Virus record (IMG/VR): IMGVR_UViG_3300009285_000023
Coordinates: 1 to 42,830 of that record
DNA: 42,830 bases
Strand: one strand, 5' to 3'
Origin: a virus
Shown: piece after piece, positions 35,631-42,830 of the stretch
How the letters are laid out: every line of letters begins with the position of its first letter
Position numbering within the stretch: position 1 is the stretch's first letter
Position numbers and translations under genes: made by a program
Notes under the pieces: model-generated
The model's input: only the letters and a program-made list of their open reading frames with translations
What the model was told of the DNA's origin: nothing
Database searches by the model: none

Positions 35631-35754
35631 TTAAACGTACGATAACTAAATAATACGCCAGAAGTCACTGTTAGCTGTATGAATTATAGATGGGTGGCTC
35701 GACTCAGTTTGCGAGCACAGTGGAACCACCCACAATATAATTTAAGGAGTACAT

Positions 35755-35832
35755 ATGCTAAACGACATACTAGAGTTATTTGGTTGGGTGGCGGTTGGTT
35801 TTGGTATTCTGGTACTGTTGTGGATTATATAA
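35755..35832 (+). CDS. 25-aa hydrophobic peptide
   Basis: AAGGAG RBS. Translation MLNDILELFGWVAVGFGILVLLWII. Confidence 0.4.
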   Translation: MLNDILELFGWVAVGFGILVLLWII

Positions 35833-35846
35833 GCTGTGCATAAGTC

Positions 35847-35875
35847 TTGACAACGCTAATAGCATTGACTAATAT
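35847..35875 (+). promoter_or_regulatory. Early promoter P2 (TTGACA-N17-TAATAT)
   Basis: Shares the 18-nt AAGTCTTGACAACGCTAA with the promoter at 41349. Confidence 0.6.
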
Positions 35876-35904
35876 AAGATAGGAGTTAGGGGACAGGTTA
35901 TAAA

Positions 35905-36006
35905 ATGAGAATCCAAGTCAAAGATTTAACAACCCATATCACACATTATAAGTGGTATATATGGGAGGGGCGACTGGTCTGCAGTATTTGGGAAGAGAAT
36001 ATATGA
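35905..36006 (+). CDS. Possible 33-aa ORF
   Basis: ATG after GGGGACAGG. It ends in an ATGA overlap with the next start. Confidence 0.25.
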   Translation: MRIQVKDLTTHITHYKWYIWEGRLVCSIWEENI

Positions 36007-36185
36007 GTATCAGTGAGTACCCCATAACGCATTATTGCGTTTGCGACCAGCCACTGATTGAGTATGACAAGGAAACCGACCAGAATTTTTGTGGCAACTG
36101 CACCGGAGTTATTCGCATGATTGAGAGTGAATTGACTAAAGGAGAAATGGATTTTGAAGAGAACAAAGATGACGAAAAAGATTAA
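36003..36185 (+). CDS. Cys-rich small protein (60 aa)
   Basis: CVC...CGNC suggests a zinc ribbon. An internal ATG of the tracked ORF is used. Confidence 0.45.
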   Translation: MSISEYPITHYCVCDQPLIEYDKETDQNFCGNCTGVIRMIESELTKGEMDFEENKDDEKD

Positions 36186-36303
36186 ATTTACTCAAGACCA
36201 AATGGAATTACACAATGCCCTTATAGGGATAGGCGAGCAGTTAGAATATATAAAATGGCTGTGTGGACAGTTGGGCTATATCCAACCCAGAAAGGATAAA
36301 TAA
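36169..36303 (+). CDS. Possible 44-aa ORF
   Basis: Manually translated. Weak RBS. Confidence 0.3.
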   Translation: MTKKIKFTQDQMELHNALIGIGEQLEYIKWLCGQLGYIQPRKDK

Positions 36304-36401
36304 TGGGCGAACCCTACCTAAATGATGATGGAGAAATAATATGGATATATTCTGGGCCGGAGTTTGAGGATGAGTGAATTGGATAAACCTCTGGAGGGGC
36401 T

Positions 36402-36638
36402 ATGAAAAAGCTGTTTAAGAAGTTTGTATGGGTGCGCCGTACCCTATTCGGTTATACCGTGATGTTTGTGAGTGTGGAGCGTAACTATACAGTAGTCCAC
36501 CGACCATTCAGACAACCGCTGATGACTTCCGAGAAAACCACCCCCACATCATTTAGAGGTAAGTCTTACACAGCTATTATTTTCGATGAAGTCGTCCCCT
36601 ACCCAAAGAAGAACCATAAAGGAGAGAATCTCAAATGA
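36402..36638 (+). CDS. Hypothetical early protein (78 aa)
   Basis: ATG preceded by CTGGAGGGGC. Confidence 0.5.
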   Translation: MKKLFKKFVWVRRTLFGYTVMFVSVERNYTVVHRPFRQPLMTSEKTTPTSFRGKSYTAIIFDEVVPYPKKNHKGENLK

Positions 36639-36802
36639 ATCGTCCACAACTAAGTGCTGGAATCTCAACATCGGTTAGTTTAAGTACGTCCGCTGGAGAA
36701 TTTTACCCTGATTGGTTAAAACGGTGGGATAAAAAGCATGGATACAATCGAAGAACAGGTCAATACAACACAAAAAAAGGAGTCAAGAATGAACCAGTCT
36801 AG
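36635..36802 (+). CDS. Hypothetical early protein (55 aa)
   Basis: ATGA overlap. The frame was checked manually. Confidence 0.4.
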   Translation: MNRPQLSAGISTSVSLSTSAGEFYPDWLKRWDKKHGYNRRTGQYNTKKGVKNEPV

Positions 36803-36825
36803 CTCTAAATCATTAAGGGGTCGGG

Positions 36826-36987
36826 ATGATTGTAAGTAAATCTTATTTTTGTGAACACGTCAAAAAAGTTACACGGGGCAAGTGCTATAAATGCATGGAA
36901 GCTACAGACCATCCTTTAAGTGGGTGGGTTCGGGCGAAGGCAAAACCTAAAAGTAAGCTAGTCAATAAATTAAAGAGAAAGGAATAA
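36826..36987 (+). CDS. Hypothetical Cys-containing basic protein (53 aa)
   Basis: Manually translated. FCEH...KCYKC. Confidence 0.35.
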   Translation: MIVSKSYFCEHVKKVTRGKCYKCMEATDHPLSGWVRAKAKPKSKLVNKLKRKE

Positions 36988-36990
36988 GTA

Positions 36991-37206
36991 ATGGGTAAAT
37001 ATAGTAGTTCAAGTTCGTCAAGTTCTGGTCTAGGTTTCACTGGGGCACTGACAATAGTCTTTATAGTCCTTAAACTAACCCACGTAATAGATTGGTCATG
37101 GTGGTGGGTGTTGTCACCCATTTGGATAAGTACACTAATCGTGATAGCAGTTTTGATATTATTAGGTCTGGGATACTTAATCTATAAATTGGCGAAAAAT
37201 AAATGA
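36991..37206 (+). CDS. Two-TM membrane protein with a poly-Ser N-terminus
   Basis: SSSSSSSS tract, two hydrophobic helices and an IDWSWWWVLSPIW motif. Confidence 0.55.
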   Translation: MGKYSSSSSSSSGLGFTGALTIVFIVLKLTHVIDWSWWWVLSPIWISTLIVIAVLILLGLGYLIYKLAKNK

Positions 37207-37240
37207 CCAAATCAGATAAACCTCTGGAGGAACTAGAATA

Positions 37241-37393
37241 ATGGGTACTCAGGGATGGGTGGCCGATTTTGTTGTTTATTCTACAAGTAGAGGTGAGGGT
37301 TTTAGGCAGTTTTGCTACTTCCGTATTAAGGCGAAAAATCTTTTTCTCACCTACGAACGCTCAGCTCTAACAGGGGTCGTATATCATGCCTAA
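37241..37393 (+). CDS. Hypothetical early protein (50 aa)
   Basis: CTGGAGG RBS. Manually translated. Confidence 0.4.
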   Translation: MGTQGWVADFVVYSTSRGEGFRQFCYFRIKAKNLFLTYERSALTGVVYHA

Positions 37394-37394
37394 T

Positions 37395-37423
37395 TTGACT
37401 TGTCAATACATCCGTGTTAAACT
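37395..37423 (+). promoter_or_regulatory. Promoter P4 (TTGACT-N17-TAAACT)
   Basis: The -35 hexamer is immediately followed by its inverted copy TGTCAA. Confidence 0.45.
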
Positions 37424-37488
37424 GGTGTTGAGTCGTAATGGCTCAATGGCGTTCTTTAACAATGTGGTATCCGAGAAAGTGAGAAATT

Positions 37489-37659
37489 ATGGCGACATTT
37501 AAAATGCCAGCTAAGTGCTATGTTTGCAACAAGCGTTGCGATGGACATATTTTCTGTTCGGATAAGTGCCGAGAAACTTACGAGAGCCACACCAAGATGA
37601 AAACATTAGGTGAGGAACTCGGCAGGATATTTCGACGAGAAGCCAAGAGAATAAAATAA
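37489..37659 (+). CDS. Zinc-ribbon-like small protein (56 aa)
   Basis: CYVCNKRC...FCSDKC. Manually translated. Confidence 0.4.
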   Translation: MATFKMPAKCYVCNKRCDGHIFCSDKCRETYESHTKMKTLGEELGRIFRREAKRIK

Positions 37660-37675
37660 GACTCCCGTAGGAGTC
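37660..37675 (+). terminator. Hairpin GACTCC-CGTA-GGAGTC, weak terminator candidate
   Basis: Perfect 6-bp stem directly after the stop codon, but no U-tract. Confidence 0.25.
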
Positions 37676-37701
37676 CTATCTAACTAAGTAAAGGATACTA
37701 C

Positions 37702-38064
37702 ATGAACGCCAAATTATCAACCGAACCCACCCAATCAAAGTTATCTGCTGAATTAGAAGCCATTAAACAAATCTTAAGTGACTATGCAGTAGCAGCGGAG
37801 CAAATAGCCAATGACCCTGACTTTGATACAACTCACGCTATTAAAGCGGATGATGAAGCCTTAGCCGAAGCCACCCAAGCCATATCTGAGCTACTTATAG
37901 AGGCTGAGAGAAAAGGCATTTTGACATTAGCTAGTAGGTTTAGAGGCAAGAAAAATACTAGTCTATCAGGACGAGAAATGGCTATCAAGATTATGGAAAC
38001 CGAAGCTAACAAACTTTTAGACCGCCTGGAGGCACTTAAATCTAAGGAACTATCTAATGGATAA
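37702..38064 (+). CDS. Hypothetical helical protein (120 aa)
   Basis: ORF with an AAAGGA RBS. Confidence 0.55.
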   Translation: MNAKLSTEPTQSKLSAELEAIKQILSDYAVAAEQIANDPDFDTTHAIKADDEALAEATQAISELLIEAERKGILTLASRFRGKKNTSLSGREMAIKIMETEANKLLDRLEALKSKELSNG

Positions 38065-38176
38065 GGTTAATTATGGTTATGTGGGGCGGCTGATTTCAGT
38101 CTGGGGCAGTAGCAAGAACTTGTCCGCTGCTCACGACTCGGCCTCCCCACTAAATCTTAATGGTTGGGAGGGGTGA

Positions 38177-38380
38177 ATGAGTAAATGGATTGATATAGGG
38201 GTGCGTGAGGCTGCTGGTGGCACTCATTATCTCCTGCAAATGAAAGTCCGTAAGAGTGGGCGTAAAATCTTCCGCAACCGCAAAATAGACCAACACCCGT
38301 GGAGTCCATTTTATACCCTGTTCCATGGCTTCCAAGAAATTGAAAAGAAGATACTAGTGTCGCCCAAACCAAATAAATGA
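38177..38380 (+). CDS. Hypothetical basic protein (67 aa)
   Basis: ATG preceded by GGGAGGGG. Confidence 0.5.
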   Translation: MSKWIDIGVREAAGGTHYLLQMKVRKSGRKIFRNRKIDQHPWSPFYTLFHGFQEIEKKILVSPKPNK

Positions 38381-38433
38381 AAGGAAGCAGTGATGAGTAA
38401 GTTACCTAAAGGCTGGTTCTACCTAACAAAGGA

Positions 38434-38458
38434 AAGGATAAAACAATAGAATGAGTAA
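38434..38458. repeat. Left copy of a perfect 25-nt direct repeat (AAGGATAAAACAATAGAATGAGTAA)
   Basis: Identical to 39113-39137. It contains the RBS, the ATG and 2 codons of the methyltransferase gene. Confidence 0.95.
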
Positions 38459-39086
38459 GATTATTCTTGGTGACTGCTTAGAAGTTATGCGTGGGTGGCA
38501 GGACAATCAATTTGACCTTGTGCTTACTGACCCGCCTTATGGCAAGATGTGGACTAGAGGCAAAAATGCCATCGGTATGCTCAAAGACCAGAATGAAAAT
38601 GACCCGACAGCTTGGGACAAAACTACACCTACCCAAGAATATTTTGATGAGATGATACGAGTAAGCAAGCACCAGATTATCTTTGGTGGGAACCATTTTA
38701 CCGATAAACTACCGCCAAGCAACTGCTGGATTGTTTGGGATAAATTGGGCAACTTCCCAAGAGGTGAGCAAATACCATTTGCCGACTGTGAGCTGGCGTG
38801 GACTTCGTTTAACAAAGTGATTAAGAAGTTTACTGTTATTCAACAAGGATTTGTCAAAGATACCAAAGACGAGCGGGAACATCCTACCCAAAAGCCAAGT
38901 GAGCTTATGAGACAGATAATTGCTTTTTACACTAAAGAGGATTGGACGATTTTAGACCCGTTTGCTGGCTCTGGTTCAACATTACGAGCCGCCAAAGACC
39001 TAAGCCGACCCTGCACAGTAATTGAAATCAACCCTAAATATATTGAGATTATTAAAAAACGTGAAAGACAAGAGGTTCTATTATGA
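38451..39086 (+). CDS. Beta-class N6-adenine/N4-cytosine DNA methyltransferase
   Basis: DLVLTDPPYG (motif IV) precedes ILDPFAGSGSTLRAA (motif I). Confidence 0.85.
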   Translation: MSKIILGDCLEVMRGWQDNQFDLVLTDPPYGKMWTRGKNAIGMLKDQNENDPTAWDKTTPTQEYFDEMIRVSKHQIIFGGNHFTDKLPPSNCWIVWDKLGNFPRGEQIPFADCELAWTSFNKVIKKFTVIQQGFVKDTKDEREHPTQKPSELMRQIIAFYTKEDWTILDPFAGSGSTLRAAKDLSRPCTVIEINPKYIEIIKKRERQEVLL

Positions 39087-39112
39087 CCCAACCCAACCAC
39101 ACCCATAAAGCC

Positions 39113-39137
39113 AAGGATAAAACAATAGAATGAGTAA
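39113..39137. repeat. Right copy of the perfect 25-nt direct repeat
   Basis: Identical to 38434-38458. It contains the RBS, the ATG and 2 codons of the next gene. Confidence 0.95.
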
Positions 39138-39324
39138 ACACCGCATAGAGCTTTCCAGCAACGACATCGAAAGGGCCTTAGATGGGTTGGAGATTTTCCT
39201 TACAGGAGATTATTGGAGAGCCCACCCCATTAAAGCTAAGAGATACTATGACACTTACCAGAACTTTGGACAGGCGTTAGGCGAAGAAAATATAATCTTA
39301 GAATTTGAATCGGAGAAGCTATGA
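39130..39324 (+). CDS. Hypothetical protein (64 aa)
   Basis: ORF starting inside the right repeat copy. Confidence 0.5.
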   Translation: MSKHRIELSSNDIERALDGLEIFLTGDYWRAHPIKAKRYYDTYQNFGQALGEENIILEFESEKL

Positions 39325-39656
39325 AACCTAAGCCAACAGCAAAGCATACAGTTGCAGTAGACCGGATACTTAGAGATTATGGAATGCAGATTGGCGAGAT
39401 TACTAAGCAAGCTTTAAATGATAGAGATGCCACCACAGCCGCTAAGGAAAGCTATCAAACCGAGCAAAAAGCCAAAGCTGAATTAGGAAAGCTGTTTATG
39501 GATGAAATTATTGGGGCGGATGAAGTTGACGAATATTACCCAGCAGACCGAACTAATCCAGAAGATATGGAAGCTCAGGGAGTGACTATTGGGCGTAACC
39601 AACTTAGAGCCGAACTTCGCCAACGCATAACTGATACTTTTGGAGTTAAGGAGTAA
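39321..39656 (+). CDS. Hypothetical protein (111 aa)
   Basis: ATGA overlap with the upstream gene. Confidence 0.55.
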   Translation: MKPKPTAKHTVAVDRILRDYGMQIGEITKQALNDRDATTAAKESYQTEQKAKAELGKLFMDEIIGADEVDEYYPADRTNPEDMEAQGVTIGRNQLRAELRQRITDTFGVKE

Positions 39657-39662
39657 AGGATT

Positions 39663-39776
39663 ATGAGTAATAAGCAAGCTGGAATAATTTTAGTAATTTC
39701 GTTAATTTTGGGGTTTAGTATATTCTTTGGCGGAATTTGGTTAATAGTAAAGTTAGTCAAATCTGCGTGGGAGTAA
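39663..39776 (+). CDS. 37-aa single-TM peptide
   Basis: AAGGA RBS. Translation MSNKQAGIILVISLILGFSIFFGGIWLIVKLVKSAWE. Confidence 0.4.
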   Translation: MSNKQAGIILVISLILGFSIFFGGIWLIVKLVKSAWE

Positions 39777-39782
39777 AGGATT

Positions 39783-39884
39783 ATGGTTAAGAAGTTTTGG
39801 ACTAAAGAGCGCCGGCATTTAAGTATTATCGATGTACTGATTCTTTCAGTTATATTGTGGGCGGCGGACAGGTGGCTACCATGA
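39783..39884 (+). CDS. 33-aa single-TM peptide
   Basis: Same 16-nt junction module as the previous gene. It ends in an ATGA overlap. Confidence 0.35.
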   Translation: MVKKFWTKERRHLSIIDVLILSVILWAADRWLP

Positions 39885-40198
39885 CCTCTAAACCTCCTGT
39901 AATAGATTGGGATGGTGGCTGGGGGCTACGAGGGCTGTTTGTCAATTTCCAGCAACTACGCACCGACGAACTTAGAGAGAAGCACTTAGATAAATTCGTC
40001 ACCCAAGCAGAACACTTAATAGATAAAGCCAAGGTAGAGGGGGCGACTGAGGAGCTTGAATATCTAATAAATAATTTGGTTGATGGGCAGACTCACCACC
40101 CAGCCGCTCCACACCATAATAATTACATATTAAAAGTAGATGTTGTAGCTGACCGCCTCACCCAGCTCAAAGACCAACTTAATGCTAAAGGAGAATGA
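39881..40198 (+). CDS. Hypothetical protein (105 aa)
   Basis: ATG 39881 lies inside the tracked ORF and is coupled to the upstream stop. Confidence 0.5.
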   Translation: MTSKPPVIDWDGGWGLRGLFVNFQQLRTDELREKHLDKFVTQAEHLIDKAKVEGATEELEYLINNLVDGQTHHPAAPHHNNYILKVDVVADRLTQLKDQLNAKGE

Positions 40199-40199
40199 A

Positions 40200-40418
40200 A
40201 TGGACAAAGAAACTATAGATAGATTGAAGGGCTTGGCTTACACTTACTGCCTAGAGAAGCGGACTAATTATATGGGCGGCCAGCAAATGACCTACAACGA
40301 GCTAAACAAAACTAACTATGAAAAGCTGTCTGGCTTCGTAAACTGGATTGAAATGGAAAATTCACCGCAAGCTAAAAGCACTCAGCCCGCCCAAACCAAG
40401 TCTGCTAAAGGGAAATAA
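40200..40418 (+). CDS. Hypothetical protein (72 aa)
   Basis: ATG after AAAGGAGAATGAA. Confidence 0.5.
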   Translation: MDKETIDRLKGLAYTYCLEKRTNYMGGQQMTYNELNKTNYEKLSGFVNWIEMENSPQAKSTQPAQTKSAKGK

Positions 40419-40612
40419 TGGATAAAGACATGCCAGAACAATCAAACGCAACCTACGAATCAAGAAGGTCACAACTTGAAAGAGAAATACCAGATTTAGA
40501 AAGATATGTGGAGGTTTTGAAAGCTGAACTTAGCAATCTGATAACAGAGAGAACAAAGATAGATGAGTTTCAAACTCCCACCTCAGTAAAGGAGAGAAGA
40601 AGTGGGTTATAA
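40418..40612 (+). CDS. Hypothetical coiled-coil protein (64 aa)
   Basis: ATG overlaps the upstream stop. Confidence 0.5.
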   Translation: MDKDMPEQSNATYESRRSQLEREIPDLERYVEVLKAELSNLITERTKIDEFQTPTSVKERRSGL

Positions 40613-40680
40613 TTTAGGTAGCTCCTTGACAATCTGCCGCCAAAGTTCACTTGGAAGAAGTGAAAAGAAAGGAAAACATC

Positions 40681-41046
40681 ATGGAAGATGGTGTAACACT
40701 AGAACCATATAAACCGACAAAAGAAGAGGTCATCAAGCGACAGTATGACGATAAAGCCAAGGACATTAGGATTAGTCTTGCCAGGGCCACAGTCGTCAAG
40801 TCCCAAGCTTCTCAAGCCTATAATCTACTGGAAAATATACGGTTTGATTATTTGGGGGATAGCGCTTTTAGGGATGAGCTTACCCAAGCCAAGAAACACT
40901 TGGAGTATTTCATTGGGGACTTTCTGCTAGATGACCATTACTGGCACGAAAGAAAAGCTGAACATAAAAAAATGACCCCCAAACAATACGATGCATACCT
41001 AAAATCTATCCCCACGCAAACAGCATCAAGTAAAAAAATAACTTAA
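40681..41046 (+). CDS. Hypothetical protein (121 aa)
   Basis: ATG after GAAAGGAAAACATC. Confidence 0.5.
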   Translation: MEDGVTLEPYKPTKEEVIKRQYDDKAKDIRISLARATVVKSQASQAYNLLENIRFDYLGDSAFRDELTQAKKHLEYFIGDFLLDDHYWHERKAEHKKMTPKQYDAYLKSIPTQTASSKKIT

Positions 41047-41148
41047 TTTAATGGCGGCAACAAGGAGTTTTTATTATGAGCCGACCCACCCCAGAGGAAC
41101 TAAATAAGTAATGGCAGTATTCCTAGTTAAAAATGAGGGTTGGATAAA

Positions 41149-41352
41149 ATGGAAGTTACGAGTGCTCAAACGGAAGGTTTTATATTGGCTAAAATAATAG
41201 AAGTCTTGGGCTGGGAGAATAAAGGCTCTTACGCTAAAGTCCACGTCCTACTAGATGATGGGTTAGAGGCTTATGTTTGGGTTGGCGGGGAAGTGGAAGT
41301 TTTTATGGATAAGAGCCAGACTAAGGCTTTTGTGAAACGGAGGAAGTCTTGA
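41149..41352 (+). CDS. Hypothetical protein (67 aa)
   Basis: Internal ATG of the tracked ORF. Confidence 0.45.
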   Translation: MEVTSAQTEGFILAKIIEVLGWENKGSYAKVHVLLDDGLEAYVWVGGEVEVFMDKSQTKAFVKRRKS

Positions 41353-41377
41353 CAACGCTAACTGTCAATGCTAGTAT
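41349..41377 (+). promoter_or_regulatory. Promoter P3 (TTGACA-N17-TAGTAT)
   Basis: Shares an 18-nt core with P2 and TGTCAATGCTAG with P1. Confidence 0.55.
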
Positions 41378-41552
41378 GGAAAGTATGGAACTAGAAATCG
41401 AAGAAGAAACTTTAGAACCGATAATCCCTAATAGTTGGGTAGACGAGCAGGGAATAAGACACGCGGTTATTTGGGAAGCTGGATTGCCGGAACGAATGCG
41501 AATTAAAAAGGAAAATGATAAATGGGTGCTGATACCGGAACCGCCGTTTTAG
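41376..41552 (+). CDS. Hypothetical acidic protein (55-58 aa)
   Basis: In-frame ATGs at 41376 and 41385. The latter sits at the predicted transcription start of P3. Confidence 0.45.
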   Translation: MESMELEIEEETLEPIIPNSWVDEQGIRHAVIWEAGLPERMRIKKENDKWVLIPEPPF

Positions 41553-42319
41553 AACTTTATGGTGGGAAGGTACGCCTAGAGTTCGGCGAGAAAGACCATA
41601 AATATCTCGTCAGCAAGCTGGTCAAAGATGACCTTTGGACTATCCCGTCACCTGTATTAGGTGTAACAACTATCTGTGGGGTGATTTCCAAACCCGCGCT
41701 GATGACTTATCCGATGAACAAAGCTCTGGAATACCTTAAAACTCGTACCGAGCCATTAAGCGACCTAGATTATAGACAAGCTCGTCAGGCGCACATAGAC
41801 CACTCTAACGCCGGAAAGAAGGCCGGAAAGGTCGGACACGCCCTTATAGAAGCATTACTCACTGGGAAGACCGTAAAACTGCCCACAGACAAGGAATTAA
41901 AAGCCCAGATAGAATCAGTACAGAATGTCTTTAATGAATGGGTGGAGGATTTCAGCCCGAAGATACTTGGAACCGAACAGGCCGTCTATTCCCTCTTGTA
42001 TGATTATGCTGGAACCTATGACCTCCTGGCTGAAATTGACGGCAAGAAATATATCTGTGATTTTAAGACGACCTCTCCCTCCTACTACAACCCGGATGGT
42101 ATCTATGCCGAGTATTACTGCCAGCTTGGTGGATATTTGATAGCCTACGAGGAGCAGAACGAGGCTGAGGTTGATGGGGCGATGATAGTCAATCTACCCA
42201 AAGACGGTTCGGAATATAAGGTTAAGGGATTGGAAGATATAGGTAAAACAATGACCGACGCTAAGTGCTACTTTTTGCACGCTTTAGGATTATTTAATAG
42301 TAATAGGGATTTTAATTGA
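41522..42319 (+). CDS. PD-(D/E)xK nuclease (RecB/Cas4-like)
   Basis: GTYDLL...ICDFKTT (D...DxK) and CQLGGY (QxxxY). Confidence 0.7.
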   Translation: MGADTGTAVLELYGGKVRLEFGEKDHKYLVSKLVKDDLWTIPSPVLGVTTICGVISKPALMTYPMNKALEYLKTRTEPLSDLDYRQARQAHIDHSNAGKKAGKVGHALIEALLTGKTVKLPTDKELKAQIESVQNVFNEWVEDFSPKILGTEQAVYSLLYDYAGTYDLLAEIDGKKYICDFKTTSPSYYNPDGIYAEYYCQLGGYLIAYEEQNEAEVDGAMIVNLPKDGSEYKVKGLEDIGKTMTDAKCYFLHALGLFNSNRDFN

Positions 42320-42328
42320 GGAGGAACA

Positions 42329-42553
42329 ATGTTTCAGTTAAACATTTTAGAAAAGACAAGACCATTAACCAAAGCCAAAAAAGTAGAATTGCTTTTAAGG
42401 GATAATGGCTGGCGGGGGACGTCAAATGTCGCCCTTAATCACATCACTTACAGATATGGCTCCGTCATACACAACTTGCGTAAAAATGGGCATATAATCA
42501 AGACTGGACCCACCGATAAATATGGCAAAGTAATTTATTACTGGGAAAGATAA
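42329..42553 (+). CDS. Winged-helix DNA-binding protein
   Basis: YRYGSVIHNLRKNGHIIKT...GKVIYYW is typical of small phage wHTH proteins. Confidence 0.55.
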   Translation: MFQLNILEKTRPLTKAKKVELLLRDNGWRGTSNVALNHITYRYGSVIHNLRKNGHIIKTGPTDKYGKVIYYWER

Positions 42554-42562
42554 AGGATAATC

Positions 42563-42830
42563 ATGGAAATTTTTACACTAACTGAAGACGCTGGAATATT
42601 GGGAAAGAAGAATGAAGAATATGGTTTCACCTATTGGGTGGCAGTCGAGGAAACAGATATTCCGGTCCGTTTTTCCAGCCACAATACAAACTTTACCGTG
42701 GGGCAGAAAATCGTAGCCGAAGAAAAGTACAAACCAAAATCCGGTAAGGATTATTGGCAACTTAGAAAAGTCAAAAAGGTAAACAGTGGTTCGCAGGAGT
42801 TGTTACCCTCCACTCCAGCGACGAAAGTGG
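42563..42830 (+). CDS. 5' part of the junction-spanning hypothetical protein (continues at 78-217)
   Basis: ATG after AAAGGATAATC. The frame runs off the window end and matches frame 2 at the window start. Confidence 0.6.
   Translation, partial: MEIFTLTEDAGILGKKNEEYGFTYWVAVEETDIPVRFSSHNTNFTVGQKIVAEEKYKPKSGKDYWQLRKVKKVNSGSQELLPSTPATKV
42754..42830. repeat. Terminal overlap, identical to 1-77
   Basis: Direct comparison. Confidence 0.95.

Noticed and set aside
34157-35697. ATTATAGATGGGYGG (34157 and 35683, 14 of 15 identical) and the 10-mer CGAGCACAGT (34431 and 35712) as regulatory motifs
   Set aside because: By my rough estimate, matches of this length and quality are expected tens to hundreds of times by chance in 43 kb. 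The spacing between the two motifs also differs at the two sites.
40626-40660. TTGACA at 40626 as another early promoter
   Set aside because: There is no acceptable -10 hexamer at 16-18 nt spacing.
1-42830. tRNA genes, CRISPR arrays, integrase/repressor (lysogeny module), transposases
   Set aside because: None were recognisable by eye: no cloverleaf-like GTTCRA T-loops in intergenic DNA, no spaced 25-40-nt repeats, and no tyrosine or serine recombinase motifs. A tRNAscan or HMM run is needed to confirm.

Overview
The window is a complete, circularly assembled dsDNA tailed-phage genome. Bases 1-77 are identical to 42754-42830, so the unique length is about 42,753 bp. I found no tRNA, rRNA, CRISPR array, integrase or repressor by eye.

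Two divergent transcription blocks leave a control region at about 34.13-34.61 kb.
- The minus-strand block (34126 down to 2536) runs in this order: terS; a repeat-rich gap; an RHH-like gene plus terL; a 10.3-kb island of glycosyltransferase, methyltransferase and epimerase genes carrying an HNH-AP2 endonuclease; a Ser/Thr-rich repeat protein; portal; scaffold; an SU10-type major capsid gene interrupted by a LAGLIDADG-encoding intervening sequence; tail and internal-virion proteins; a lysis cassette; and nuclease/phosphoesterase genes.
- The plus-strand block (34613 to the end, wrapping to 1-2543) holds about 35 mostly tiny early ORFs. It also holds a beta-class DNA methyltransferase, a PD-(D/E)xK nuclease, a wHTH protein, NinG, a 751-bp ORF-free structured region, a membrane-anchored transglycosylase and an NrdH-like glutaredoxin.

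No sheath, tail-tube or replisome genes were recognised. A podovirus-like, host-replisome-dependent lifestyle is therefore inference only.

The most interesting items are:
- the terL-portal glycosylation island, a candidate virion-protein glycosylation system;
- the unusually compact interruption of the capsid gene;
- the 751-bp candidate structured RNA;
- the methyltransferase cassette flanked by perfect 25-nt direct repeats;
- an attenuator-like terminator switch inside the virion operon.

All functional calls come from motif reading of the supplied translations. No database search was run.
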